DNA from: Felis catus
Taxonomy: Eukaryota
Length of the DNA stretch: 64,000 nt
Direction: 5' to 3'
Assembly: GCF_018350175.1 (NCBI RefSeq)
Contig: NC_058382.1
Location: 52,144,001-52,208,000, forward strand
Shown: one piece after another, positions 12,638 through 24,569 of the stretch
How the letters are laid out: every line of letters starts with the position of its first letter
Numbering within the stretch: the first letter of the stretch is position 1
The notes under the pieces: model-generated
What the model was told of the DNA's origin: nothing
Database searches by the model: none
The model's input: only the letters and a program-made list of their open reading frames with translations
Program-made: the position numbers and the translations under genes

Positions 12638-13164
12638 CCCTTACTTTGAAGAGTAAATAAAGCCATCAGATTTCGTGCGTTTTCTTCCATGTCCGCTCAG
12701 ATGCTGCTGCTGCGGGTCTGTGGAGTGATTGAAATATTTGCAGCCTGTAGAGCAGCAGGCAGTATTGATGGATTTGGGGAATGCCGTTTGACAGTTACAG
12801 GCTCCTGTGAGGCATTGCAGGCTCCTCGGAGCCAGAGATGGAAGCGGGGGGCTGAGTGACAAGATTCTTCCTGTATGTCTCGAACCATATCAATCATGGG
12901 CAGAACCTCACTCCTGCGGGGAAAACGTGCTGGGAGCCCGGTGGGAGGCAGTGCTGTTTACCCTCCCAGCCCCCTGCAACCACACAATTAAAACCAAGGA
13001 ACAGAACAAAGTCGGGCCACAGAGGTTTTCGCTAGCCCCCCCATTCCTTGTTCGTTGGGAGGCCCTGTAATTAGATCACAGCTTCTTCGTTCTTTTGGAA
13101 AGATTTAGAACAATTATCACACACGCTCTGCTGCTCTGAGTGGAAACATGATTGGACAACTTTT

Positions 13165-13340
13165 GGAACTCGTGTTGATCTAAGACGGCGATTCTGGGTT
13201 TTCAACCCCTCACCAGCTGTGTGACCTGGGACACATAACTATTCTGAGCCACAGGATTTGTTTTTCTCCCTCGAAACAGGAACTGAATATATCTCCACTG
13301 TTCTTTATTGGCCTAAAAAAATCAGAGACAATATGGACAA
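13165..13340 (+). mobile_element. MIR fragment
   Basis: ctcaccagctgtgtgacctgggacacataactattctgagcc. Confidence 0.55.
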
Positions 13341-13499
13341 AATGGCCCAAACTTTGTTTCCTAGTGAAAGAAATATCTAGAAGTCCAAGTCCTATCGTAT
13401 ATAATTCTGATACAGGGAAGACTTAATTGTGGAAGTTATGAATCCTGACTTGCCCATGGATGAACATACCCTCCATGTAATCAAAAATATTTTATTTCA

Positions 13500-13717
13500 G
13501 GGGCGCCTGGGTGGCGCAGTCGGTTAAGCGTCCGACTTCAGCCAGGTCACGATCTCGCGGTCCGGGAGTTCGAGCCCCGCGTCGGGCTCTGGGCTGATGG
13601 CTCAGAGCCTGGAGCCTGTTTCCGATTCTGTGTCTCCCTCTCTCTCTGCCCCTCCCCCGTTCATGCTCTGTCTCTCTCTGTCCCAAAAATAAATAAACGT
13701 TGAAAAAAAAATTAAAA
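13500..13717 (+). mobile_element. young SINEC_Fc, full length, 17-bp perfect TSD
   Basis: CpG-intact ggggcgcctgggtggcgcagtcggttaagcgtccgacttc...; TSD aaaaatattttatttca at 13483-13499 and 13718-13734. Confidence 0.98.
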
Positions 13718-14789
13718 AAAAATATTTTATTTCAAAGGCATGGCTTGTGGCATTTAAGATGTTTCAGGCACTAACCAATAATCCATTGACCTCACCTTTG
13801 CTAATGAGGTCGGAAGGACATTCAAAAAAGCTTATATTAGCCACTTATACAAAAAAGGAAACCTGGCCTATCTCAGCATTAACAATGGTGAGGAGAAAAT
13901 TCTGTTAATTTAAAGTACCAGTAAGTTCTACCCTATATTGCTAGCTCTTTGTTTCCTGGGATTAAAAAAAAAAAACAAACGGATTACAAAATAGGCTCGA
14001 TGAATCTAAATATAGTTTTGCTGGGCGATTTACTAATGACGGGCGCTTTTTGGGTATTAACATACCGCAAGTGGTGTGAAACCAAAGGCCCGCGGAGGTG
14101 ATCTCGCTGTTTGGAAAGCTGGATCATCCCTCAGATTCCCAGCTTGCTGTGTCTTTCGCGTGTCGGGCAGGGCTCTGCTTTGCAGAGCAGGACATGACCT
14201 CTTGGGGGCTTGTCTCTCCTAGGAACTTCCTCCAAGGTGAGTGATAGGGCCTAGTTGTTCTTTGTTTCAGTTTGGCAGTAGTGCTAGAGAAGAAAATATA
14301 TTTTTATGTGTTCGAACGGCAGTTAAAGAGTATTCCAGATTCCTCCCGACCTCCCCCCCTCCCCACACCCCCAAAAGGCATGTTCCCTAGCCAAGGCCCA
14401 CATGGCTTTTCTTTGCTTTAAGTGCTCCTCATATTATCTTGACCTTAAAGTTTACAGGGTAAAGGAAACATTTATGGAACAGTTAAGACCAGTTAGAACA
14501 TAACGACTTGCCTCATTATCACACTCTACAAATCTCCACTTTACAGAGTTCACTTCCCTGTCTCCTTTAAACTTGTGTTTGGCCTGCAAATACTGTTACT
14601 GGTGTTCACAGATGGAAACACAGGGAACTGCTCATTCCTTACCTCAACTGTGCCAAAAATAAGAATCTTCAAGAACTCATAAAGTAATTTAACACCACAT
14701 TAATAAAAGGAGCACAATTTTGAATAATTTTTGTAAGTACATGTTTGAGTTAGTAATAGGATTTTTTTTTAGCTGTCTGTTCATATATT

Positions 14790-15750
14790 TCATCTGCTTA
14801 ATAAGTAAATAGCTCCTACGAATCAACAAGCTAAAATTAAAAAAAATAATAGTTGTAGGACAATTGGCAAAATTCTAAAACATCATTCAAATGACCAATA
14901 AGTATTTGGAAAATATTCAGGTTTACGAGCAAGGAAGAAACAGCTTAGAATAGAAACTGTATTCAACCTTTATACATGAAGTTAATTAACCTTTAATTAA
15001 CAAAGGTTAAAACTGTTAGCATATTATATTGGAGCAGGGCAGAAGTGGGTTTTCTGAAACATTGTGCGCAAGAAATAGAATTCCTCATTTCATTTCTCAG
15101 GTTTAATGTGGAGGTCACTAGCAAAAGTTTTCTTTTTTTTTTTTTTTTCAACGTTTATTTATTTTTGGGACAGAGAGAGACAGAGCATGAACGGGGGAGG
15201 GGCAGAGAGAGAGGGAGACACAGAATCAGAAACAGGCTCCAGGCTCCGAGCCATCAACCCAGAGCCTGACGCGGGGCTCGAACTCACGGACCGCGAGATC
15301 GTGACCTGGCTGAAGTCGGACGCTTAACCGACTGCGCCACCCAGGCGCCCCATAGCAAAAGTTTTAAAAATGTTTTTCACCTAAGATTTTCATAAGTGGA
15401 AAAAATATGTTAAAGGAATACTTAAAGACACATCCACAAATTTACGTATAGGGATGTTTATGCCTGTATTATTTATACTATAAAAAAGGAAGCACTAAAA
15501 ATATTTAACTATTGAGTTAAATTATGATGACCCCAAGCATAAAATACTATGCAATTCACAAAAATATAAACTAAAGCAAATGTAGGAAGTTGAAAATCTC
15601 AGATTGTGGTTGTATGCTTTTACGTTGTTTCTCTTTAAAAATATTTATTAAAACTTAGATGAAAAATGAAAGATTATCAACATTTTCTTTGATTCATAAA
15701 ATACTTTTTTCAAACGACTATAAAACTACATAAAATTATTTAAACATGAA
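14790..15750 (+). mobile_element. old L1M (L1ME-like) ORF2/3' fragment, interrupted by SINEC
   Basis: AT-rich; aaatagctcctacgaatcaacaag, caaatgaccaataagtatttggaaaatattca, atagggatgtttatgcctgtattatttata, aaaatactatgcaatt are L1 3' motifs. Confidence 0.6.
15132..15352 (-). mobile_element. young SINEC_Fc, full length, 13-bp TSD
   Basis: Reverse complement of the same CpG-intact subfamily as 13500; TSD tagcaaaagtttt at 15119-15131 and 15353-15365. Confidence 0.98.
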
Positions 15751-15758
15751 GTTTAATT

Positions 15759-15977
15759 AAAAAAAATTTTTTATAGTGTTTATTTTTGAGAGAAGAAGAG
15801 AGAGAGACAAAATGCGAGCGGGGAGGTGCAGAGAGAGAGGGAGACACAGAATCTGAAACGGGCTCCAGGTCTGAGCCATGAGCCCAGAGCCCGACGCGGG
15901 GCTCGAATCCATGGACCATAAAATCATGACCCGAGCCGAAGTTGGATGCTTAACTGACTGAGCCACTCAGCTACCCT
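15759..15977 (-). mobile_element. SINEC_Fc-type, 12-bp TSD
   Basis: SINEC body; TSD tgaagtttaatt at 15747-15758 and 15978-15989. Confidence 0.96.
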
Positions 15978-16479
15978 TGAAGTTTAATTTTCTAAAGAAA
16001 ATTAAGTCACATCACATATCATTATAAAAATAATTTGAAATTGTCGCATGGACTGTCCATCTGGTGAAGGGAATCGGTATCTAGCTTGATGCATGTTACA
16101 TCTAGTTCTGCAAATACACACAATTAAGAGTGATAGCAAGGCCTTCATATTGGCCACTACCCGCATCTGCTGTGAATATCTGCCAGTCTTTAAGTGCCTC
16201 TCACATCATGAACTGGGACACAAGAAAACGGATACTCTGTGCTTGTGGGACACAATACTTTATTATACAAGAATCTTTCGGATTCAGGCTATCTGAGAGA
16301 AAGGATTTGACAAGTTAATTAATTTGTCTTTTCTGTTATCTAAAAGCTTGTAAGACTCAAATACTCCTGATACCCAGAAGCGTTTTCTATTTTTGAACTT
16401 GGAAACAGTGCACCAGAAACCACAAGGGCATTCAGATACAGTGGTCTTTTGTTTCAAAGATGTAGGGTAAGAGAGACGT

Positions 16480-16655
16480 GGAGCAGCGGTTTTCTGGGGC
16501 CTGACTGGTGGCAGTCACCAGAGTGGATGTTTAGGGTACGTGCCATGCTATACAGGTGCTCAGCAGCAGATCTCAGGTAATGGGGGCATGAGTGCGTTTC
16601 CCAGTGAATGTATTTTTTTGGGGGGAGGTGTGGTGTATGGTGCTTTCTAAAGGTT
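16480..16655. mobile_element. possible MER5-like hAT-Charlie fragment
   Basis: gagcagcggttttct...cagtcaccagagtggatgttta...; highly degenerate. Confidence 0.35.
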
Positions 16656-16714
16656 GGGGCCTAGGGCAGGTGTTCATCTTCTGTGGGTCCCAGGCCAATA
16701 CTGTATTCAGATAC

Positions 16715-16850
16715 CCATTCAGCCATTCAGTCCAAAATGGCACTCGATGTTTTTAGACATGGTTGTAGGCATTGGGGATGTAGCGGTAAATGAAACGAAG
16801 ACACCCCCCGCCCCCCGCCCCGGTCATGGAGCTTGTGTTCCCCAGGGATG
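16715..16850 (-). mobile_element. L2 3' end fragment
   Basis: cattcagccattcag...gtaggcattggggatgtagcggtaaatgaaacgaagac...catggagcttgtgttc. Confidence 0.65.
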
Positions 16851-17379
16851 TGCAAGAAAACTGGAAAGCAAGTTGAGATCAGCTCGAGGAAAACCCTATA
16901 TTCCTGTTTTAGGAATGTGAACTTCTATAAGGGTGGGGGCAGGGTTTAGTGAATTGTTTTCCTTATTTTATTTATTTTTTTTTTGTTTTTATTTTTGAAT
17001 AGGGATTTTTATTTACTTATTTATTTTTGAGTAGGGAATTGTCCATTTGAGGAAACAGGATTTTAATAAGATTTCTCTAATAAGTATTATGTAGAGTTGT
17101 TACTCAATTGACTTTGAGGATAAAATACTAATTAAATACAATGAAAGCTTGTAGTAGAACTATATCAGTTTTAGACCAGTTGGAGGACTTTTTATTTTTA
17201 TTTTTATTATTTTTTTAAATAATACCGGACCTATCCTTTTTGTCCTGTGATTCGTGTCTTGGTAAGTGGCAATAAAAGAAAAGTTTAGATTTCACACAAA
17301 AGCTTTGTGAGCTCACCGAGTTTATTTCAGTTTCTATTTATCCACTTCTAAATGAGCCAACTGATGTTGTGCTCAGTTC

Positions 17380-17592
17380 TTTTTTTTTTTTTTTTATGTT
17401 TATTTTTGAGAGAGATAGAGACAGAGTGTGAGTGGGGCAGGGGAAGAGAAAAGGGAGACAATCTGGAGCAGGGTCCAGGCTCTGACCAAGCTGTCAGCAC
17501 AGAGCCTGGCGCGGGGCTTGAACTCACAAACTGCGAGATCATGACCTGAGCCCAAGTCGGACGCTCAACCGACTGAGCCACCCAGGCGCCCC
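17380..17592 (-). mobile_element. SINEC_Fc-type, 11-bp TSD
   Basis: SINEC body; TSD tgtgctcagtt at 17368-17378 and 17593-17603. Confidence 0.97.
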
Positions 17593-18930
17593 TGTGCTCA
17601 GTTATTTCAAAGATAATGGTAATGTTTGCAGAATGAGCCAATGTTCCCAATTTGAGATTGTGACAACCTTAAATTTCGTGGAGACAATTGACCTCTTTTT
17701 TGACTCAGACAGGGCTGGTCCTGGTAGGTAATGTGCACATAAACAAATGAGTATTTAGCTTCATGACTCAGTGTGTTACATTAAAGATAGCAAGTCTAGC
17801 ATTTTTGGTGAGTTGACAGGGATAAGAAATTGGGAAAATTTAATTTTACTGGCACCCTAATTAAAATTGGGAGGTTTCCTAGGAGAATTTAATACTCTCT
17901 TTTGTATCCGCTGTGGTTGTACTTACCACTGCTTTATTTCTTTTAGATTAAAACTATTTTAAAAGGAAAGTGATAAAGACATTGTTCGGTGTGATTGCTA
18001 TCCAGTGCTTTATCCGTATTCGGTTTAGGTATTATAGGGCTTGTATCTTGTGCGATTCATCTGAATTATCCTAAGTGATTAGTTTGCATTTCATAACTGG
18101 GTTGACTTGATGCTACAGTCATGGAAAGAGAGGTGCTACCATCTCCTGTGTTCTGGATCAGAAATACCCCATCCCTCAGTGGGACTTATTGGGGGACATA
18201 GAACTTCTATCTCAATCGTGTCTTATTTCCATGATGATTGAATTTCCATGATGATTAAAATGACCGCAATGTGTGTGTTTTCTTTAAATAGCTCTTAGGA
18301 GTCTACCTGGCAGATAATGCTTGCTAAAATAAGCTGGTGATGTTGTTAATACATAATCAATGAGCATTAGGAAGCAGGAGCTGGCTGTCAATCATCTGAA
18401 TACACGTGGTAAAATATATACCACGTCGTCTTGACTGAACTGTGGCCTCCCGCACGTTTTGTCTTTTCGATGGCTCAGCCTTGGCTGATCACCTTGGATT
18501 CATTCTGTGGGGACATCTTTCATTTGCTTCAGGACTGTGTAATGTGCAGCTCGGAGAGGCATGGGTCTCAGTAATGCAGAGCCCCACAGTTTTTAAGGAT
18601 GGGTGGCCAGCCTGGGTGCGAATTGCTTGCCTACAGTGCCTGCCAGAGTCCTCCACCTTCATGGAGACAGAAGGACTAACTGGGAGCCCCACTTTGGAAT
18701 GGAATTCCGCTGCAGTTAATCGTAAATGTTGGTAGCTACCATAAATGATGTGCAGTGGCTTCCGGTAAGTTCTTTTCGCTCCTCTTGTCCAAGAGAGCAG
18801 ATGAGTGCCTTTTTGTGACTAAGAATACAGCTCCTCACTAGAGCCTTGTCTGGGGTTCCCTGTCTGGCTCATTGTCTTGTACCTTTTTCAAGAGCCCCAT
18901 GAACTTATGGATGATTTGCAGTCTCTTCTT

Positions 18931-19160
18931 TTGTTTTATTTAAAATTTTTTTTTTAATGTTTATTACTCATTTTTGAGAGAGAGAGTCAGAGCATGAGTG
19001 GGGAAGGGGCAGAGAGAGAGAGGGAGACACAGAATCTGAAGTAGGCTCCAGGCTCTGAGCTGTCAGCACAGAGCCCGACGCGGGGCTCGAACTCACGAAC
19101 TGCGAGATCATGACCTCAGCCGGAGTCGGACGCTCAACCGACTGAGCCACCCAGGCCCCC
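18931..19160 (-). mobile_element. SINEC_Fc-type, 13-bp TSD (1 mismatch)
   Basis: SINEC body; TSD gcagtctcttctt / gcagcctcttctt. Confidence 0.97.
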
Positions 19161-19929
19161 GCAGCCTCTTCTTATTCAGTTACATCCCCCTCATATATAA
19201 CGCTGGCCCCTGCTTTATGTACGTGCAGAGTGAGACCCAAGTTCCCTGAGTTCTTTGCACGGACTGCTCTGACCAGCCGTGGTCCATGCTGAGGCAGTGT
19301 TTAAACTGCTCTTGTCTAGAAGAGTCATGTTCTGTTTGGGGTCCCGCCTGAAAACTGCCTGCCTGCTCTCTAAATGTACGTTGTCCATCCAGAGGAATAC
19401 CTCAAGGTCACCCCTGTTTTCACTTTTTCATGTCTGCAGCCTAGGGGCTGCTTTAGGCTAGGGCGGGTCTTCCTTACCAGCCCTCCTGTACCACGGAGTC
19501 TGGGAGATTAGTCAGGAGGTCTTGCCTTGATGACAGTGGGTCATTTGTTTCCAAGGAGACATAATTAAAAACGAAACTCACTTGAAACTTCAGGAGGGAT
19601 CATATGACTCAGCTGAGTGTCTTTTCCTTTTTTCCCTTTTTAATGCAGAAAGCTCCCAAGGACATATTTTGGAAATAGCGTTTGGTTGTGAAAAATGTGG
19701 AATCTAAAAAAGTATTGCCTGAAGATGGGAAATCTTTAATACAAATTTCTGGGGCTTTTGAGGAATCAGTGGATTGTGGAGTTATAGTTCTTCATTGCTG
19801 AGATAACATAGCTGTACTTCATTAGATATTCGTGACATGTTGAGGGGGTGATAGTCAACCTTCCCCCGGTGGGCCGGAAGTCGCCCTTGACCCTGAGCTG
19901 AATGACTTAATGATGCTGATGGATGATGG

Positions 19930-20130
19930 TAGTGATAATATCTACCACTTATTTTACGTCTGCTGGATGCTAGTGTTAGGCTAGTTGGTCGATGCAGGTT
20001 CTCACGTATTCATTCCGGCATTCCTACGAGATGGATAGGATTGTCTCAATGTTCCGGGACGGGAGAAATTATGGATCAGAAAAGTTACGGCTGCCTGGAA
20101 CTGGAAGTGAGGTTTGTACTCTGGATCATT
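19930..20130 (-). mobile_element. MIR fragment
   Basis: taatatctaccacttatttt...ctacgagatggataggattgtctcaatgttccgggacgggagaaattatggatcagaaaagtta. Confidence 0.55.
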
Positions 20131-20667
20131 TCTCGGGAGTCAGAACGAACTAGGAAGGGGGTGGCCGCTCTTCCCCAGTACTGCCACATTTCCACTGCAC
20201 CCCTAGGGTGTTAACAGAAGTGGCATAATCTTTGCCCCTTTGTAATGCTCTTGGTCCGTAGCTCCCCGAGCCATTCCTTTCTGGTCTTCAGGAGCATGGT
20301 CTGTTAACCCTTTCCGGTACCCAAGGCAGCCCTTACTGTTCATGCATGAGGATGGCTTACTTAGGAAGGTCCCGGCTACCTTCTCTGTTCTCGGGGTCCT
20401 GATCCCGGGGCTGATACACCTGGTAAACTCAAGGTGAGCTCTTTTCTGATTCTCTCATCTGTGCTTGTAGGCCGTCCACGTGGTCAGACTTGCTGAAGTG
20501 CCTGTTGTGCGTGTTGTGACCTTTGCGCCTGGACCTCAGACTTCCCTTTTCAAGTGTAGCTAGTGTAAAATTACTCCCTCTACTTGCTGCCCCATTCATA
20601 AAGTCTCCCAAGAGACTCAACACCCGGTGATTGGTGGTTGGGTCGGAGAGATAATGCTTTATATTTA

Positions 20668-20688
20668 TTTATTTATTTATTTTTTAAA

Positions 20689-20727
<39 letters not shown>

Positions 20728-20900
20728 TTTTCCTCGAGAGACCGAGTATGAGCAGGGAAGGGGCAGACACTGGGACACACAGAATCCAAAGAAGGCTCTA
20801 GGCTCCGAGCTGTCAGCACAGAACCCAACACCCATGCACCGTGAGTACATGACCCCAGCTGAAGTCGGACACTTAACCGACTGAGCCGTCCAGGCTCCCA
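20668..20900 (-). mobile_element. SINEC with (TG)n in its tail
   Basis: ggctccgagctgtcagcacagaaccc...gctgaagtcggacacttaaccgactgagccgtccaggctccc; flanking repeat tgctttatattta at 20655-20667 and 20906-20918. Confidence 0.93.
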
Positions 20901-21609
20901 GAGAGTGCTTTATATTTAAAAGATGTCCTCCTAACTACATGAAGGAAAAAGAAGGACAAGAACGTCACCCATAGTCCCCTTTTGGAGTGATTCTTCCCCC
21001 CTAGTTTTGTCTTACATTTGAGTTGAACTGCATCTGTATTTTTGCAGATATACTTGCAGTTGTGGGGCCTTCTCACTGTAGAAGAATCTGTGATGGAAAC
21101 TACGTGCTGGGGAGTAAGGGCCACTATGGAGGCCCCGGTACTGAGATCTCAGTCCAAGGCCCCGGATGCAATACCACAGGTTCTAAATCACGTGCATGCG
21201 GTCACATTTTCGCCTTTCTAGTGATGTGATGCAGGGTCTTGTAGGCCCACGGTTGTAACACCTCAGGTTTTTCTCCACCCGTTCTGGCAATTTGCATTTA
21301 GAATTTGCCTGTGTAAGTTATATTTTAGATCAATAATGCAAATTCGAAGACCCGGTAGGGCCCAAGGCCTCATCATGTCTGACTAGGCCTCTATGAATTT
21401 GAGAAATAGGGAATATACACACCCTCTCTTTCCTGTTTTCCCCATAAATTGTAAACAGTACCAGTTGTTTGTAAGTGAACTTGGGAGTGCTTTTAATTGG
21501 TGGTGGGGCATCTATTTTCATCCACCAAATATATTTTGAGCATCTCTTAGGTACAGAGTGTCCTGCCTGGCCCTGTTGGCGGATTGAGGGGTCTAGAAAA
21601 CCACTTTTA

Positions 21610-21789
21610 ATTTTTATTTTAGAGAGAGAGAGCACATAAGGAGGGGAGAGGCACAGAGGAAGAGAGAAAGAGAGATGGAATGAATATGAATCTTAGGTAG
21701 AGCCTGATGTGGGGCTTTATCCCAGGACCCTGGGATCATGACCGCTGAAATCAAGAGTCACTCAACAGAGTGAGCCACCTAGGCACCCC
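21610..21789 (-). mobile_element. older Can-SINE
   Basis: gaccctgggatcatgaccgctgaaatcaagagtcactcaacagagtgagccacctaggcacccc; degenerate TSD tagaaaaccactttta/tagaatggcactttta. Confidence 0.9.
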
Positions 21790-21844
21790 TAGAATGGCAC
21801 TTTTACTCTCAAGGTGTCTTCAGTGTATTTGAGGAGAACTCTTT

Positions 21845-21940
21845 GCTTATTTATTTATTCAGTCAATTTTATTCAGGATCAGCTATACAGCAGCCACTAG
21901 CCTGTGTGCTGGGGACTCACAGATGGTAATGGAGGCCGAT
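21845..21940 (-). mobile_element. L2 3' end fragment
   Basis: ttatttatttattcagtcaattttattcaggatcagctatacagcagccactagcctgtgtgctggggactcacagatg. Confidence 0.55.
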
Positions 21941-23742
21941 TGTCGTTGAACTGGCTGTCTCTGGATGTCCGCCACGTTCTGAAGGTGCTAACTCTCTGGC
22001 AGATAAGGCCTAAATTCCGCTTAACGAAAGGTTCACGCAATGAAAATGTTAAGAGAGCGCCAGAGGGGAAGGGACGGGGAATCAGGGGGAATCAAAGATA
22101 TCCCCTGTCTTAGATGGTGTGTGATTAATAGCTCCTGGGACGACTGAGTCTTGGGCCATCAATGACAGACTGGTCTGGGATGCAGGGAGGTGGCAGGCTA
22201 AGAGAAAAGTCGTTTGTAGATGGCCTCACTCTGACCGTCAGAAATGTGGGACTTGATACCATTGTGGTAGTAGCCTGGGAAGGTATTTGCATCCTCCTCT
22301 GAGGGCTTTTGGAAAACTATCAGATGGCCACCACAAAAAGTAGTATTCATCCTGGCTGGACGCAGAGGCTTGGCTATTCAAGCTTGTGTCTCTCTCCATT
22401 CCTACACTGTAGCAAGCCAGCACTTAGGGGCTTGAACCCTGTTCTCTCAGCCCCCTCAGACAAGAGTGATTCTCACTACCCTGTCGATCTAGGCCGTGCC
22501 CAGGTCTTTGCTCACAATGGACCAACCCGCCTCATGTGGCATCTCTGAACACCAGTCCTGGTGGCCACTTCTGATTCGTCCAGCTTGGCTACGTGTTCAC
22601 CCCTTGATTCAGCAGGTGGGCTCGGGCCCCCTGAGAAGTTTTTGGGGTTGGAGGTGGTGGCCCTGAGGTGATCGAGAGGCTGTCGTCAGAAGAAGGAGCT
22701 ATGGACTCAGGACAGGTAAAAACAGATGTCCGTTAGAGTCGTGCAGTAACTAAATGCACCCTAATCAATCCTGTTGGCCCCAGCCAATTTGTTACTTAAG
22801 ATGAGACTTTCATGGCTGTGCAGAGACGTGGTGCTAGGGGCTTTAAACAGAAAAAGAGAAGGGACCACTGGCCCGTTTTGTTCCTCGCAAATGGTTTTCA
22901 GTTTTATAATTTCCGACGAGAAAGCCCGAGCCGACACCCTGCTGGGATGATTTTCTATTTACCTGCAGTAAGTGGAAAGGGTGTCCGCCTCCCCCTGCCC
23001 ACCTGCCTCCAAGAAGGCCCAGTCCCAGGCTCTAGAAACCTCTCCATGGGACGGACTGAGCGGCATGCTCTCTGGCCTGGCCGTGTGGAAACAACCTTGC
23101 TCTAATTCATCTTTTGAAACTCCAGCCTGCTTGCCGCCTCCAGAGTTTTCCCTTAATGCAGCCGACAAGTGCGTGTTTGGCTGTGATGCCTTGTTGCTGT
23201 AGAGCGGTGAAGTGTGCCTTTTTTCTCTGGGTGGCTCGCTCCTGGCCATCTGCCCTAAGTGTGTCTGTGACTGCCGTAACGGAGGTCGCTTCTTGGGTCT
23301 TGATCATTCTGAAGTGACATTTGGTGTTAATTTACTCGTCACCACGGACGGCCCCGGGGACCCACTTGGGATAAGGTGAGTTATAGGCCATGCAGCAACT
23401 TTCCTCCCAGTGACCCGTCTGAAAGGCTTTTTCAGGCCCTCACAGCAGGGAGTTGAGAGAGGAGTTAAGAGGTTTTATTCTTATATGTTTGGGGAAATTA
23501 TGCCTCCCTGCACCCTGCTTAGGAGATGACAGTGTTCTCTGTTTTCTCCCAAATTATGCCCCTCTTCGTAGGGTAGGAGGAGGAGTTCCCGTGAGTCGTT
23601 AGGAGCGAGCCTAACTGGGGCTGGAGAACACGCGCGGGGACGCCCTCAGCCCGGGGCACAGATCATGCTCATGGCGCTCTGCCTTGAAAGCCTGTGGGGT
23701 TACCTCTGGCTCCTGCTCTTCCCCTCTCGTCATTAATTGCTT

Positions 23743-23964
23743 CTTTTTATCTCAAATGTTGATTTATTTATCGTGAGAGAGAGAGAGAATGCACACCACA
23801 CGAGAGAGTGAGTGCAAGCAGGGGAGGGGTGGAGAGAGAATCCCACGCAGGCTCCATGCTCAGCACGGATCCCAACACGGGGCTCGATCTAGTGACCTCG
23901 AGGTGGTGACCGGAGCTGAAATCAGGAGTCGGACACCCAACCGCCTGAGCCACCTGGGCGCCCC
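23743..23964 (-). mobile_element. Can-SINE (SINEC)
   Basis: gagagaatcccacgcaggctccatgctcagcacgg...gagctgaaatcaggagtcggacacccaaccgcctgagccacctgggcgcccc. Confidence 0.93.
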
Positions 23965-24204
23965 TTCACTGCTTCTGTTACTCGTACATCCCGGATCCCA
24001 AGGGAGCATAATTGTTGCCCGAATCCTCAAAACAGTGGGAGTCATTTGACATCCATGCACTGTCCGTCTTTGTGTTCTCCCCTACCTGAGACTCGCCCTG
24101 CACTGCAGGTGGGGTGACATTGGAAGGAATGGTTAACAACAGAACAGCACCCCAGTGTCTTGGCTCATTCTTCAGGGGGCCGGGCCCACCCACGGGGAAG
24201 GACT

Positions 24205-24330
24205 TGGCCCCAGAAGGACAGCTCCATGAGGGCAGAAAGTTTTGTCTGCTTTTTTTCCACAGCTGCCTCCCCACTTCCTCAAATAGTTCCTGGTGGAAGA
24301 TAGGGACTCCTTAAGTGCTTTGTTGAGGGA
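24205..24330 (+). mobile_element. L2 3' end fragment
   Basis: agctccatgagggcagaaagttttgtctgc...agttcctgg...tttgttgagg. Confidence 0.6.
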
Positions 24331-24364
24331 ACGGGATACCTAAGGAAGTTGTCTGTCCTGTGTC

Positions 24365-24530
24365 CTACAACGCTGGGCTCGCCTCATGTGTAATTTTATT
24401 TCTAAAATAAAATGGTGTGGTAGGTGTTGTTACCCCATTTTACAGGCGAGGAAACTGAGGCATAGAGCTGTGAAGGAGCTTGCCCAAGGTTACAGAACTC
24501 AGCCCCAGGCCTGTCTGATGTTAAAGCCTA
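24365..24530 (-). mobile_element. MIR
   Basis: taccccattttacaggcgaggaaactgaggcatagag...cttgcccaaggttacaga, canonical MIR core. Confidence 0.85.
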
Positions 24531-24569
24531 AACAAGCGCGTCTCCTTATGTTGTATTGGCCTTAACGGA

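Noticed and set aside
13492..13686. Recurring peptides such as GQRETEHERGRGRERGRHR and MAQSVERPTSAQVMIS in many ORFs
   Set aside because: They are translations of SINEC copies, not a gene family
23335..23355. REST/RE1-like site ctcgtcaccacggacggcccc (16/21 match)
   Set aside because: Mismatches fall in both critical cores (CAGCACC and GGACAG)
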